Source: a virus
Lineage: Duplodnaviria > Caudoviricetes
IMG/VR virus record: IMGVR_UViG_3300020044_008704
Span: 1 to 39,983 of that record
Strand: one strand, 5' to 3'
DNA length: 39,983 nucleotides
Shown: piece after piece, positions 15,733 to 25,828 of the stretch
Numbering within the stretch: the stretch's first letter is position 1
How the letters are laid out: each line of letters opens with the position of its first letter
Position numbers and translations under genes: made by a program
The notes under the pieces: model-generated
Told to the model about the DNA's origin: nothing
Seen by the model: only the letters and a program-made list of their open reading frames with translations
Databases searched by the model: none

Positions 15733-16116
15733 TTAATATAAAATACTTGTTCCATCATATAACCCAGTCAAAACCGATTTACCGCTTAGGGTAGTGTTCA
15801 TAACAAAAGCTTGATCTAGAGCAACAAACAAATTACCAAGAGCAACGGTTTTCGCCGATGAAGCGTGTTGAGTGAAAATCCAAGCGTAATAAGTTCCTGC
15901 AACTAGATTTGTTGGGTTGTCTAGAGTTGTATCCTCTGTTAGAGTGTGAGTAAAAATATTGCTCAATTCAGAATCTGTAGCTATATGGTTGCTGGTGCTA
16001 GTTACAGCAACTAAAGCACTAGATTGGGCTTTAGTCCAAGTGTTTGCGGTTGATAGGGATGCTCCGCTTTCAGGATTAACGCCCGATAGTCCTTTGTTTA
16101 CATCTGATAGTGACAT
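15733..16116 (-). CDS. putative virion structural protein
   Basis: ANTWTKAQ, TLTEDTTLDNPTNLVAG...YDGT; typical tail-associated beta domain. Confidence 0.65.
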   Translation of the reverse strand: MSLSDVNKGLSGVNPESGASLSTANTWTKAQSSALVAVTSTSNHIATDSELSNIFTHTLTEDTTLDNPTNLVAGTYYAWIFTQHASSAKTVALGNLFVALDQAFVMNTTLSGKSVLTGLYDGTSILY

Positions 16117-16209
16117 ATAATAATTATTAGAATTAAAGTTAATTATAAATTATAAAGACGCAATTTGAATATATCTATAATAATACTCGGAATTAATAGA
16201 CATTTTTAT

Positions 16210-16782
16210 TTATATAGATGGAGATAATTCAATTGTCATTCCATACTGAATTATATCGTTTGTAGCTCCGCCAGTTCCAACACACTTTATAGTTAAAGCG
16301 GTAGTTAAATCTTGCGTTCCCGCAGTTCTGGTCGCAGAATCTACTACACTTGAGTTAGAAGAAATAATTTCAGTTATAATCTCTTGAGTAGTAGAGGTTT
16401 TTCTTATTATAGTTGCTTTGATTGACCAACTTCCTGCATTAGCTGCCACCACTCCTGTTGTTAGGATAGTTTGCGATCCAAAAGCAAGTGTTACTGTTTT
16501 ATTATTTCCATTCGCAGCGTAAGTTCCCCACGCATGAATTTTAATCATGCTTCCTATATTTAATAAACTATTAGCATCCAAAGAATAGGTAATTAGGTCA
16601 GTCGCTCCTGTAGAAGTATTCGAAGCGGAGTCAGTATCTACCTCTAAAGTTCCGCTTAAACTAATATCTAAATTTCCGCTTATTGCTTTGTAAACATTCT
16701 GAAAGAATGTATACCAAGGAGTGGTAGTGTAAAAATTATCGCCTGTAATTAATTCCGAAGAACTAGGTATAGCTACTCTCAT
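16210..16782 (-). CDS. putative tail protein
   Basis: TTPWYTFFQ N-terminus typical of genes following P22 gp10-like nozzles; Thr-rich. Confidence 0.65.
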   Translation of the reverse strand: MRVAIPSSSELITGDNFYTTTPWYTFFQNVYKAISGNLDISLSGTLEVDTDSASNTSTGATDLITYSLDANSLLNIGSMIKIHAWGTYAANGNNKTVTLAFGSQTILTTGVVAANAGSWSIKATIIRKTSTTQEIITEIISSNSSVVDSATRTAGTQDLTTALTIKCVGTGGATNDIIQYGMTIELSPSI

Positions 16783-18203
16783 GAATCTCCTATAGTTGAG
16801 TTAAGATAAGCACCTACGATAGCGAATTTAACAGGATCACTCATTGTTATTTCGAATATAGCAGAACGACCAGAACCTAAACTTGTCCAGAATACCTCTC
16901 TTTGATATTCTCCTTGTGTTCCCAGAGGTTGTCTTTCTTCAAAACCCCAAATCCTTGCACCGTCAATAGAAGTTCTGAGCATTATTTCAGGATCCGATCC
17001 TTGACCAGAAATAAGCCCAACTCCTGTATCCATCATTAGAACGAATCTGTCAAGTGTTGCTCTTGAATAATTTGCAAACTGAGTAGCACTTATTACTTTT
17101 CTTAAAATTGGTGTATCATTTTCAGTATAGACCCTTGCATCAGCTTCATAAATTATTCCTGTTGCGAAATCACCAAAAAGGTTCACTCCTGTGAAAAAAG
17201 CTTGTGTATTAATTCTCCATTGACCTAATTCTTGAGCAGAATTTACACTTGCTCTTTCGTGCCATAATTCAGTTGTTAAATCATATTCCCAAGTAGCGTT
17301 AGCACTAGGAAAGTTGAGAGAATAAAATTTATGACCGTTGATTATGTAAGTAAAGGCATAAGCATCAGAGACAGTTTCGTATCTTTCAATAATCTGAGAA
17401 ATAGGATAAGTTGAAATAGGTTTTAACTGGTAGCCCATTGTCTGATAGACTATCTTGTCATTTCCCAAAAAGAAAAAAGAATTATCTAAACTTGCTACAG
17501 AATACTTCGCTGCACATCCTTTTTGAATAAACACCCCTTCTTTACGATCAAAAATAAATCCAGGTCTGGCAGAGTTATAATAAACTTCGGTAATATTTTC
17601 TTTAAAGAACCAAAGCTCTAAGTTATTCATTGCCACTCTAACGATATTAGAAGAGTCCGCCTCTACAGTTTGGAAGTCTAAGGCAGCCCAAGCACTCGTA
17701 TCGTTTATAGTGGACCATTGAAAAGTTCTGCCTTGTTTCTTAGTGGCAATAGTGTATCCGTCCAAAGTAGCGATAGAATCCGAACTCTCAAAATCTCCAT
17801 CTGTAATCTCAGTCAAAGAGGCAGCCGTAGAAGTGCAGAAATAAGCCGTTCCGCTTTCTGTTAGAATAGTCACTTGAGTCCCATTATTTGTCATCATTAC
17901 ACGGCTCGGCTCAGTTGCCATAGTTCCTTGTAAAGTAACGCTCTTAGATGTGTCTATTTTATAAACATTTGATCCAGCGACTACATAAAGGTTCTCGCCC
18001 ATTACTTCCATTCCGTAAATTGGGAATCCAATATTTAAATCTTTCCATACGGTAAGCCCAGCCGTTCCTAAGATCATTGCTTTAAAAGCACTTTGAGGAG
18101 AGCAAGGCTCAACATAACAATTCACCAAGCGTTCAGCAGAGTTTAAGCCGCTTTCTGCTTGGTAAGAATTTATTCCAAATGTGATAGGCGTTGTTGATCC
18201 CAT
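16779..18203 (-). CDS. packaged DNA stabilisation / tail nozzle protein (P22 gp10-like)
   Basis: ERLVNCY, TAGL, LDGY, GCAAKYSVA, TWEYDLTTELWHER, SIDGA, SDPVK. Confidence 0.88.
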   Translation of the reverse strand: MGSTTPITFGINSYQAESGLNSAERLVNCYVEPCSPQSAFKAMILGTAGLTVWKDLNIGFPIYGMEVMGENLYVVAGSNVYKIDTSKSVTLQGTMATEPSRVMMTNNGTQVTILTESGTAYFCTSTAASLTEITDGDFESSDSIATLDGYTIATKKQGRTFQWSTINDTSAWAALDFQTVEADSSNIVRVAMNNLELWFFKENITEVYYNSARPGFIFDRKEGVFIQKGCAAKYSVASLDNSFFFLGNDKIVYQTMGYQLKPISTYPISQIIERYETVSDAYAFTYIINGHKFYSLNFPSANATWEYDLTTELWHERASVNSAQELGQWRINTQAFFTGVNLFGDFATGIIYEADARVYTENDTPILRKVISATQFANYSRATLDRFVLMMDTGVGLISGQGSDPEIMLRTSIDGARIWGFEERQPLGTQGEYQREVFWTSLGSGRSAIFEITMSDPVKFAIVGAYLNSTIGDS

Positions 18204-19153
18204 TATCTATAAGTTCCTGTGTTTAAGCTTGTTGCTGGTTGGAAATAAATTGAAGCAGGTTCTCTATCGTAACCCTGAACATCAGCCATAGCCTCGTCAA
18301 AGTCTCTTTTTAGCTGCTCTCTGAAAGCTTGATCTTTTCCTTTAATTCTAGCCATCCTAACAGCAAGACCAAGAACAATTGGGTCAATCCATTCAGCAGG
18401 AAAATCTGGATCAGTCGCCGCAGAATCAATATCTAAAAACATTTTTTGGAATGTAAATTTTACTGTATCCGAAACAGAGTTAGGAGTCGGCCATAGATAG
18501 ATAGTGCCATAGCTTAATTGTTTGTCATAATACCATTGGTTAGGACGAGCAGAGTTAGCTTTTACTGGAATGTTAAAATAACTATCTCTTGCAAGGGCTG
18601 TTGTTTGAATGTCCGTATTGCTGGAAGTTCTAACCCTTAGAGAATTTATCATTTCAGGGCGATTTATTTTAGTCTGGTAGACATAAACATTATTACCCGA
18701 GGCAACATCGTCTGTAAGAGCAGTATTTAGAGTAATTGTCAGGCTGGAAATGTTTGTAATTGTGGTCCAAAGGATAGTATTATTATCTTGAACTACTCCT
18801 ATATTGTATCCAACAACGAAGCCACTAGCACTTGTTACGGCAATTGTGGTTGCCCCAGAAGAGGCATCGGCGGTTGTTGTTGTTTCCGAGAAATTTTCAG
18901 TTGCGTTTGCTGTCGCTCCGTCCAGAACATAAGAAGGTTGACCATTAACCAGAAATAAAGTTCCTTCGGTGTATTTCCATAAGTAGTCTTTAGTTTTCCA
19001 GCTTTTAATCATTATATTAAGCTCATCAGAAGCTTCTTGAACTTCCGCAGCGGTTAGGGTTCTTTGGATTGTTTTAATCCCAATGGCGGCCATTGCCCTG
19101 TCGATGATTTGGTTTCTGTTTTGACTAAATGAGCTTGTTGTTCCTACTGCCAT
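18203..19153 (-). CDS. head-tail adaptor / tail tubular protein A-like with inserted beta domain
   Basis: IIDRAM..G..ELNIMIKSW, RPNQWYY..IYLWPTP, DFPAEW..IVLGLA. Confidence 0.78.
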   Translation of the reverse strand: MAVGTTSSFSQNRNQIIDRAMAAIGIKTIQRTLTAAEVQEASDELNIMIKSWKTKDYLWKYTEGTLFLVNGQPSYVLDGATANATENFSETTTTADASSGATTIAVTSASGFVVGYNIGVVQDNNTILWTTITNISSLTITLNTALTDDVASGNNVYVYQTKINRPEMINSLRVRTSSNTDIQTTALARDSYFNIPVKANSARPNQWYYDKQLSYGTIYLWPTPNSVSDTVKFTFQKMFLDIDSAATDPDFPAEWIDPIVLGLAVRMARIKGKDQAFREQLKRDFDEAMADVQGYDREPASIYFQPATSLNTGTYR

Positions 19154-19518
19154 GATTCAAATTTATTAAGTGAACTAAGAGTTTTGCAGGATCCCATATC
19201 CTCAATTTGTTTTCGTGCTAAAGCTCTTTTGTATAAAACTTCTTGAGGGAAGTGAGGAGCATAATAATCATTAGAGGTTCTTAAATAATTTCTTCTTGAA
19301 GCAACAAGTGAATTCCTTAAATTATTAATCTTTTCCTCTTCAGTTGGAACATATTCTTTAAGAATTCCATCTACCACACACATTCTTCTTGCTAATATAG
19401 CTTGATGAATTTCATCAGGAATTTCAATATATGGCTCAGGTATTGAGGTATAATTTATAAAGTCAGGGTAATATCCTGTAACTAGAGTTGTTTTTGGGTC
19501 GTAATTTACTTTTATCAT
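19144..19518 (-). CDS. tail fibre assembly chaperone-like protein
   Basis: GYYP...IPEPYIEI..., RRNYLRTSNDY; directly after the fibre gene. Confidence 0.65.
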   Translation of the reverse strand: MIKVNYDPKTTLVTGYYPDFINYTSIPEPYIEIPDEIHQAILARRMCVVDGILKEYVPTEEEKINNLRNSLVASRRNYLRTSNDYYAPHFPQEVLYKRALARKQIEDMGSCKTLSSLNKFESWQ

Positions 19519-19519
19519 A

Positions 19520-20728
19520 TTAATATCCTTTTGATTGCCAAGAAATCACTTGGGTATATTCAGTTGAATATACTGTTAATTGAGAAGTGCTAGTATTAGC
19601 AACTTGAACACCGTTTCCGTTTGCATTCCCAGTTAGTCTTGTGTTGCTAGAGCATCCCACAGCCAGTTGAGCAGTTGGATAAGCGATCGGTAAGGTTATA
19701 ACTTGAAGACTATTCGCGGTTACAGATCCACTCACTCCCCATTGCTCGATTATACCATTTGGCTCATATTTATATCCAGGAGATGCTTTGCTAGCTAAAA
19801 AAGCATATCTATAGGCCATGTTTGTAACCACCCACTTAGCTAAGACTGAGCTGTAAGTTAATTCTATTTTGTCAGTTGTGAGATCAAGAGTAATATTTGC
19901 GGCGGCAGGTATCCATATATTGCCTACATTATGTCTTAAAACTACATTTCTTGCGTCAGCAACTATACCAATGGTAATCTTTTCGCCATCATTAAACCCA
20001 TTTATGGTATCAAGATCATCAGAAGCAGCAGCCCCTTCCGTATCTATTAAATAATTACTTCCAACATTTGTAATTGTAACCACCCCAGTTGCAATGGTTA
20101 GGGTCGGGGCAGTTCCTATATTTAAAGGAAGAGAGCGGGGATTAAGAACTACTATATCCACCCCATCACACGCAGCATTGTATCTTTGGGTAGCCTGCAA
20201 GTCTCCTGCTTGTAGCCCAACTTTAGTTCCTTGACCTGTGTATTTTTTAAGATCTAAAGCAGAAAGTCCGCTAATTGCCATGGTAGGGTTTATAGTGTTT
20301 TCTATATTAGGCTGGAAGCTAAAAGTCTGAACATTTGAATAAGCCGAGATGCTTGGATTAGCTGTTAAAACATAAGCCGCCGCTGTTCCTGTGGTTAAGC
20401 CCCAGTATGAATCTGGTCTAACATCTAGGTCGTTAAGACTAGTAGATGAGCTTGTTGTTCCTACAGGGTCTTGGGTGTAGATTGTTACATCGTTTTCATC
20501 TTTCAAGATCACTTTCGTAGTAGAAAGATTTGATACCCAAATCGGAGGAAAGCGACCAGTTGAATCAGCAACGACAGGATAAGGATTTGCAACACTTAAA
20601 GCAGGGGTTGTGTAAGTGGCAATTGAATTGGTAGTTCCTGTAGTATAGAAGTAATATTTAAACCCAGCACCTATAGATCCTGTGTCATTAAATTCTCTTG
20701 TTAATGGTTGGTAGAATATTTGAGCCAT
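19520..20728 (-). CDS. tail fibre protein
   Basis: Head-binding-like N-terminus (YFYTTGTT...ANPYPVVADSTGR) and C-terminal GYKYEPNGIIEQWG..LPIAYP fibre-tip domain. Confidence 0.85.
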   Translation of the reverse strand: MAQIFYQPLTREFNDTGSIGAGFKYYFYTTGTTNSIATYTTPALSVANPYPVVADSTGRFPPIWVSNLSTTKVILKDENDVTIYTQDPVGTTSSSTSLNDLDVRPDSYWGLTTGTAAAYVLTANPSISAYSNVQTFSFQPNIENTINPTMAISGLSALDLKKYTGQGTKVGLQAGDLQATQRYNAACDGVDIVVLNPRSLPLNIGTAPTLTIATGVVTITNVGSNYLIDTEGAAASDDLDTINGFNDGEKITIGIVADARNVVLRHNVGNIWIPAAANITLDLTTDKIELTYSSVLAKWVVTNMAYRYAFLASKASPGYKYEPNGIIEQWGVSGSVTANSLQVITLPIAYPTAQLAVGCSSNTRLTGNANGNGVQVANTSTSQLTVYSTEYTQVISWQSKGY

Positions 20729-20730
20729 AT

Positions 20731-22824
20731 TTATTTGTTTAAAAATTGTACTGATTCTTCATCAGTCGGGTTATACCCTTCTGAAAACCTTGTTAATTCT
20801 GCTTCGGTCGGGGTATACCACGGAACTTCTCTTTTATATCTTTCCCTTATTAACTCTCTTTTCTCTTCTACGGTTAATTGTTTTTTCTGCGAAGATTCTT
20901 TTGGAGGGAAATCTGCTGCTTGGGCATCGCTTGTTATGCTTTGTAAATAATCTAAAACCTCTTCTCTAATATCAGGGTTTGCAGCGGCAATCGCTGATAG
21001 TTGACTTAAATGAGCAGGAATTTGAGTGGGCTTTACCTTAGCAGACGAAGCTAACCAGTTTATAAAGCGTGGATTAGTCATCATTTTAGCTGTTATATTA
21101 GCCCCAGCGACAGTAGCAGCCCCAGCGGGAAGATTTGCCATAGATAAACTACCCAAACCTATCCAAGCGGCATAAGGCAAGTTGTTTGAGCTTTGTCTTG
21201 CTTTGCTTGTGTCTTTAATTGCAGAAATAGCTTTGTTAAGATTATTAACTGCATTAACTTGTTCCTTAGTGTAGATATTATTCTTAGCTTCTGGGCTTAG
21301 TTTATTCCATTCTGTTAAGAATTTATTAGGGCTGAATACTTCGCCAGTTGCATCTTGCTCACCAGCATTTGCAAGACCCATTCTTCTAGCTATAGTTCCC
21401 CTTACAAAGTCTTGTTGTTCAGGGTCAAGAGTTCTCATAATACCTTTAATATTCGAGCCGCCTTGTTTAGTTCCGCTCATTGCCATTGAGTAAACAGCCT
21501 CAGGAGTTTTTGCTTCAATGATTGGATTGATTTTATTTTCTATCACATCTTGATAACGACTGAATGCTTTATTAGCCTTCGTAAAAGACTGTAAAGCTTT
21601 TTCTCCGCCATTAGCTTGAACAGCAACTTTCATATCTTCCGACAAAGCACCGTAGATTCTTTTAAGAGCGGCTCTTTCATCTCCAAGTAGTGTAGGAGAT
21701 TGAAGTTTTGCTCCGATAGTAGAGCGGAAAGTTTTTAATCTAGGGTAATTTAAGCCTTCTTTGATTTGTTGATAACGAGATATAACTCTTGCGGTATCGC
21801 CTGCTCCAACTGCTGCGACATCTTGGATTTGAGCATCATTCATTAATTCATCTAAATTAGATGTTGCAATCTTGGCGTTCTTATCAGGGATGAACTTGTC
21901 TAGCTGATTATAATTTTGCTCAATTCGATTTTCTAATCCTTGTTTTAGATTTTGTGCTCCTTGTTGTATTTTCTTCCCAGCTTCTTGAATCGTTCCGCCT
22001 TCGCTTTTAGTAATCCCTGCGATTTGTTTAGTAATATCATCTACTTGATTTTGAGTTGCTTTTTCAATTACACCACGAGAACCAGGAAAATTACCTAGTA
22101 AGTTCTGGAAAGTTTTTGAAGTATTTCCTTGAGTAATATTGGCAAGAGTAGGAGTTATTCCAGCATCTTCAAAAGCCTTTAAAGTTTCTTGGCTTTTCGG
22201 AGTAATTCCAGCCATCTTTTGGATTGCTTTTTTCGGTAATTGACTTAAAGCACCAGCACCACTTATTGCAGCAGGGGCTAACTTTTGAACTGCTCCACCA
22301 GTAAGACCGCCTAGACCAACTCCCAACCCAACATCTTTGGCAGTTTGTGGAATGTTTGTAATATCTTGGGTTTCGCCTAAAGCACTTGCTCCACCTAACA
22401 AAGCACCACCTTTTATAGCAGTTCCGAATCCTTGACCAGTTAAACCAGTTGCTTTTAAGGCTTTGCCAGCCACTCCAACATCTGAAAACATTTGACCAGC
22501 GAAAGACTGGACAGGATATTCTTGTCTTGCTCTTGCGAGTTTATCTCTTTCAATGTCTCTTGCTTCTTTGTATAAATCTCCAATGTCAATACCTTTAGTT
22601 GCTTGACCACCAAATATCTTAGCTGTCATAGCAGAAAGTCCAGCTTTGATTTCATCACCAAATCCTAGTGGATTAGTCATTGTTGTAAAAGCAGCTTCGC
22701 CACGAGAGATTGAGGGTTGTCTTTGTTGTGGTGCCTGATCCAACTCAAAACCCTCAGGCAATCCCATTGAGTTTTGTTGTTGAGGCTGATCTAGTTCGAA
22801 TCCTTCTGGTAGTTCTACTGCCAT
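20731..22824 (-). CDS. DNA ejection (internal virion) protein, large
   Basis: Duplicated LPEGFELDQ N-terminus, GFGDEI, Gly/Ala-rich hydrophobic segments; third gene of the ejection trio. Confidence 0.7.
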   Translation of the reverse strand: MAVELPEGFELDQPQQQNSMGLPEGFELDQAPQQRQPSISRGEAAFTTMTNPLGFGDEIKAGLSAMTAKIFGGQATKGIDIGDLYKEARDIERDKLARARQEYPVQSFAGQMFSDVGVAGKALKATGLTGQGFGTAIKGGALLGGASALGETQDITNIPQTAKDVGLGVGLGGLTGGAVQKLAPAAISGAGALSQLPKKAIQKMAGITPKSQETLKAFEDAGITPTLANITQGNTSKTFQNLLGNFPGSRGVIEKATQNQVDDITKQIAGITKSEGGTIQEAGKKIQQGAQNLKQGLENRIEQNYNQLDKFIPDKNAKIATSNLDELMNDAQIQDVAAVGAGDTARVISRYQQIKEGLNYPRLKTFRSTIGAKLQSPTLLGDERAALKRIYGALSEDMKVAVQANGGEKALQSFTKANKAFSRYQDVIENKINPIIEAKTPEAVYSMAMSGTKQGGSNIKGIMRTLDPEQQDFVRGTIARRMGLANAGEQDATGEVFSPNKFLTEWNKLSPEAKNNIYTKEQVNAVNNLNKAISAIKDTSKARQSSNNLPYAAWIGLGSLSMANLPAGAATVAGANITAKMMTNPRFINWLASSAKVKPTQIPAHLSQLSAIAAANPDIREEVLDYLQSITSDAQAADFPPKESSQKKQLTVEEKRELIRERYKREVPWYTPTEAELTRFSEGYNPTDEESVQFLNK

Positions 22825-23960
22825 CTTCCTCCTCTGAATGTTATGGTTTGACCAGTCGTCCTGTTGGTAGCTGTTTGACCTTCTTGGACAACATTATTAC
22901 CCATTACGGAAAACTTACCTTTGGTTGGCATATTTGGAACTTGTTGATCCATTCCAAGTTCCATTTGAGTAGATTTAATACTAGCCACTTTTTGCTCGAT
23001 GAAGGCTTGAAGAACGGCATCTTTTTCAGCAGAAGATAAATTTTTGTCTCCCAGAGTAGCCTTGAGCGATTCTCCTTCTTTCTGAGTGAAGGCAGCACCA
23101 AATGTATCTCTTAAAAGAGGTAAAATTTGATTATCAATCCTAGCAACATATTCCGCCCTATCTTTAGCAGCTTGTCTAGGACTTATGCCTAGTTCTCTCA
23201 TTGCAAAGTCAGTTGCAAGTCCAGTTGAGGTATAAGTTGCGGTTTTTCCTAATTCACTTAATTTATTAACGCTTGTTAAAAGTTCAGGGAGCTTCGATTC
23301 CATTGATCTTAGTAAGACAGCTTTTTCACCTGTTGCTTTACCAATTTCTTCTCGGGATTTTTTAAATGCAGTAGGAGAATCAAATCCAGCAGCTTTCATA
23401 GCGTCTCTTTCAGATTTTAAGCCTTCAATTTCTAACCCTGTTTTTTCAGCATCTTTGTAAGTCTTATAAGTCGAGGCTTTAGTTGAGGCAATATCAGCAG
23501 CTTGTTTTGGTCTTGCGAATTCTTCTTTTGCGACATCCTCAACTTCTCTTGCCTGATTTACTATGTATTTTAAATGAGCGGCAGCTTCTGGGCTATATTC
23601 AGCAGGAACATCTGGAGCTTGCCCGAACTCATTGGTGTATTCTTGGATTGCTTGTTTATATACTTTAGGACGAACAGCCAAAGGAGCGGTTAAAATGCCG
23701 TTAGCTAGTTGCCCACCTCTTTGAAGTCTGTAATTTTGGTAATCTTTTAGTCCTTTATAAGCATCAGGAGCGGTCATTGAAAGCTGCTGAACTGCCTGAG
23801 GATCTCCAGAAGAGGCAAGATTATAAAGGGATCTTAATTGTTGTTTTTGTTGTATTTCTTGTTCAGCAGCAAGCATTTTAAGATTATTCATCTTGGCATT
23901 CTGAGCAAACTCAAAGCCGCCCATTATTGATCTTGTTATGTCAGGAAGTTGCTGTTTCAT
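22815..23960 (-). CDS. DNA ejection (internal virion) protein
   Basis: Helical Q/A-rich; C-terminal EGQTATNRTTGQTITFRGGRWQ; second gene of the trio. Confidence 0.7.
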   Translation of the reverse strand: MKQQLPDITRSIMGGFEFAQNAKMNNLKMLAAEQEIQQKQQLRSLYNLASSGDPQAVQQLSMTAPDAYKGLKDYQNYRLQRGGQLANGILTAPLAVRPKVYKQAIQEYTNEFGQAPDVPAEYSPEAAAHLKYIVNQAREVEDVAKEEFARPKQAADIASTKASTYKTYKDAEKTGLEIEGLKSERDAMKAAGFDSPTAFKKSREEIGKATGEKAVLLRSMESKLPELLTSVNKLSELGKTATYTSTGLATDFAMRELGISPRQAAKDRAEYVARIDNQILPLLRDTFGAAFTQKEGESLKATLGDKNLSSAEKDAVLQAFIEQKVASIKSTQMELGMDQQVPNMPTKGKFSVMGNNVVQEGQTATNRTTGQTITFRGGRWQ

Positions 23961-24685
23961 TAATAACCTCCTGTTAGTTTTGTATTAAAGTTCGGGGAAT
24001 TTGTATTATAATTCCAGTTTGAATTATTTCCTGAATTACTTGAGCCATATTTATCAGCCATACCAGCTCCAAGAAAAGTTCCACCAATTTGAGTTAGAGT
24101 TCCACCAAATAAATCACCCATATTCTGAGAGTGTTGTGCACCAGCCATTCCCGCTTGTTGAGTGTAACCAGCGATTTGGGAACCAGCCCCTATCTCATAA
24201 TTACCCATATTAGTAGCAGCTTGTTGACCCATTCCTGCAAGTCCTGCAAGTTGGTTTATGTAACTTCCATATTCATCAGAGGCAATTCCTTGAGTATAAG
24301 CACTCATTTCTTTCATTGCTCCGCCAGAAAGTAAGCCACCTTTCGCAGCTTGTGAAGCCGTTAGGGCGTTTTGTGCCTGTTCTAAGCGGAATTGATAGCC
24401 CGGGCTTTTTTGGAATAAATCAGATCTTTGTTGTTCGTTTAGAGTTGTAGGGTTGCCTTGTGCGTCATATTGAGTTCCTGTGAGAAGCCCTGATAGAGCA
24501 TTAAGCCCACCAGTTCCTGATTTGTAGTAAGGTTGCTGATAACCTATAGCTCTGTTTTTACTTTGACGCAATTCGAGAGCAGCTGCTTGAGCTGCTTTTT
24601 TTGCTTTTTTTGCTGATTTGCTGCCGAAATAGGATTGAGTTCCCATTCCAGCACCTATAGCTATTACTCCTCCTGTTATTGCCAT
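23960..24685 (-). CDS. DNA transfer protein (P22 gp7-like)
   Basis: QQPY..G..L, SPGYQFRLEQ, AAKGGLLSGGAMK. Confidence 0.82.
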   Translation of the reverse strand: MAITGGVIAIGAGMGTQSYFGSKSAKKAKKAAQAAALELRQSKNRAIGYQQPYYKSGTGGLNALSGLLTGTQYDAQGNPTTLNEQQRSDLFQKSPGYQFRLEQAQNALTASQAAKGGLLSGGAMKEMSAYTQGIASDEYGSYINQLAGLAGMGQQAATNMGNYEIGAGSQIAGYTQQAGMAGAQHSQNMGDLFGGTLTQIGGTFLGAGMADKYGSSNSGNNSNWNYNTNSPNFNTKLTGGY

Positions 24686-24686
24686 A

Positions 24687-25142
24687 TTATATTAATTTTG
24701 TGTAAACAATTTCTGCTTTTTGATAATTCAGACGCTCAAAAATAACACTTTTATCTAATTTTATTTTCGTAGAAGCGATTATTCGTTGAACTCCTTTCTC
24801 TTTAACGCTTCTTTCAAAGAATTTAAAAAGTTTAATTCCATTAAATCCTTTACGATATTTAGGATGTAAAAAAAACATATCCGTAAATGCCGTTAAACTC
24901 TCTTTGTAGTGCATATGAGGACGTATTAATGCCCAGTAATACCCTACAACTTTATCATCATCTCTGACGGTTACTATATGAAGAATTCCAAGCTCTGCAA
25001 ATCTACTATATTCCTCGAACCACATATCCAAAGGAATTGTAGATTGATTCAGAGCTACTTCTTCCCAGTGGATTGGAAAAAGCCATTTCATTTCTTCTAT
25101 ACAATCAAACCAATCCTCAACTTGGTAAGTCAGTTTCTTCAT
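24687..25142 (-). CDS. GNAT-family acetyltransferase
   Basis: VVGYY, DMFFLHPKYRKGFNGIKLFK...KEKGV. Confidence 0.82.
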   Translation of the reverse strand: MKKLTYQVEDWFDCIEEMKWLFPIHWEEVALNQSTIPLDMWFEEYSRFAELGILHIVTVRDDDKVVGYYWALIRPHMHYKESLTAFTDMFFLHPKYRKGFNGIKLFKFFERSVKEKGVQRIIASTKIKLDKSVIFERLNYQKAEIVYTKLI

Positions 25143-25663
25143 TTAGAACAAATATCAATTATTAAAGAAATTCTATCGTCTATACTTTCATTAATTACTT
25201 CGTGTTCAATCTTATTATTAAACCAGATCACATCTCCCGCATTTGGGCAAATTGTTTCATCTCCACATCTAAAAATAGATCCTTCATAATTTTGAAGGAT
25301 GATATGGTATCTATCATAATATTCTGGGCTTTTACCTTCATCTTTATGGGGCAATATCTTTCCCCCAACAGGAAGTTTTGTAATAAATATTCTCCCTAGT
25401 CTATTTCCTTCTACAAGTCTCATTAAATCAAAGACTAAAGCTCGTGCTTGAGGAAGTAAGGCAAAAGCTGGGTAATCAATATTATCAATTGCATCTATAC
25501 TTGGTTCTTCGTTATATCTTAATAGAATATCAGAAGCGTCAGCGTGAACAGTTCCTTGGTGGGTTGTTCTTATGGGGTTTTGATTCCACAGCTCAGGCTG
25601 ACGAGCTAAAGCAGCGATCAAAGATTGAACATTGCAATTAGCTATTTTCTGAAAATTATTCAT
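25139..25663 (-). CDS. aspartyl/asparaginyl beta-hydroxylase-like 2OG-Fe(II) oxygenase
   Basis: ILPHKD (HxD), RYHIIL, WFNNKIEHEVIN (distal His), DRISLIID. Confidence 0.85.
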   Translation of the reverse strand: MNNFQKIANCNVQSLIAALARQPELWNQNPIRTTHQGTVHADASDILLRYNEEPSIDAIDNIDYPAFALLPQARALVFDLMRLVEGNRLGRIFITKLPVGGKILPHKDEGKSPEYYDRYHIILQNYEGSIFRCGDETICPNAGDVIWFNNKIEHEVINESIDDRISLIIDICSK

Positions 25664-25827
25664 TATTTTCTTTTGGTTGGTTTTTCTTTTAAAGCTGCCA
25701 TAGAAATAGCGGTATGCAATTTATATCCTTTATCTGAAAGAGCTTGAACTTTTGCGGCAGTTCCCGCAGGAAAAGCTTTTAGCATGCCTTCCATATTTAA
25801 TTTATTTTTCTTCGATTCGTTTTTCAT
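25663..25827 (-). CDS. hypothetical basic protein
   Basis: Likely ATG at 25827 (MKNESKK). Confidence 0.55.
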   Translation of the reverse strand: MKNESKKNKLNMEGMLKAFPAGTAAKVQALSDKGYKLHTAISMAALKEKPTKRK

Positions 25828-25828
25828 T

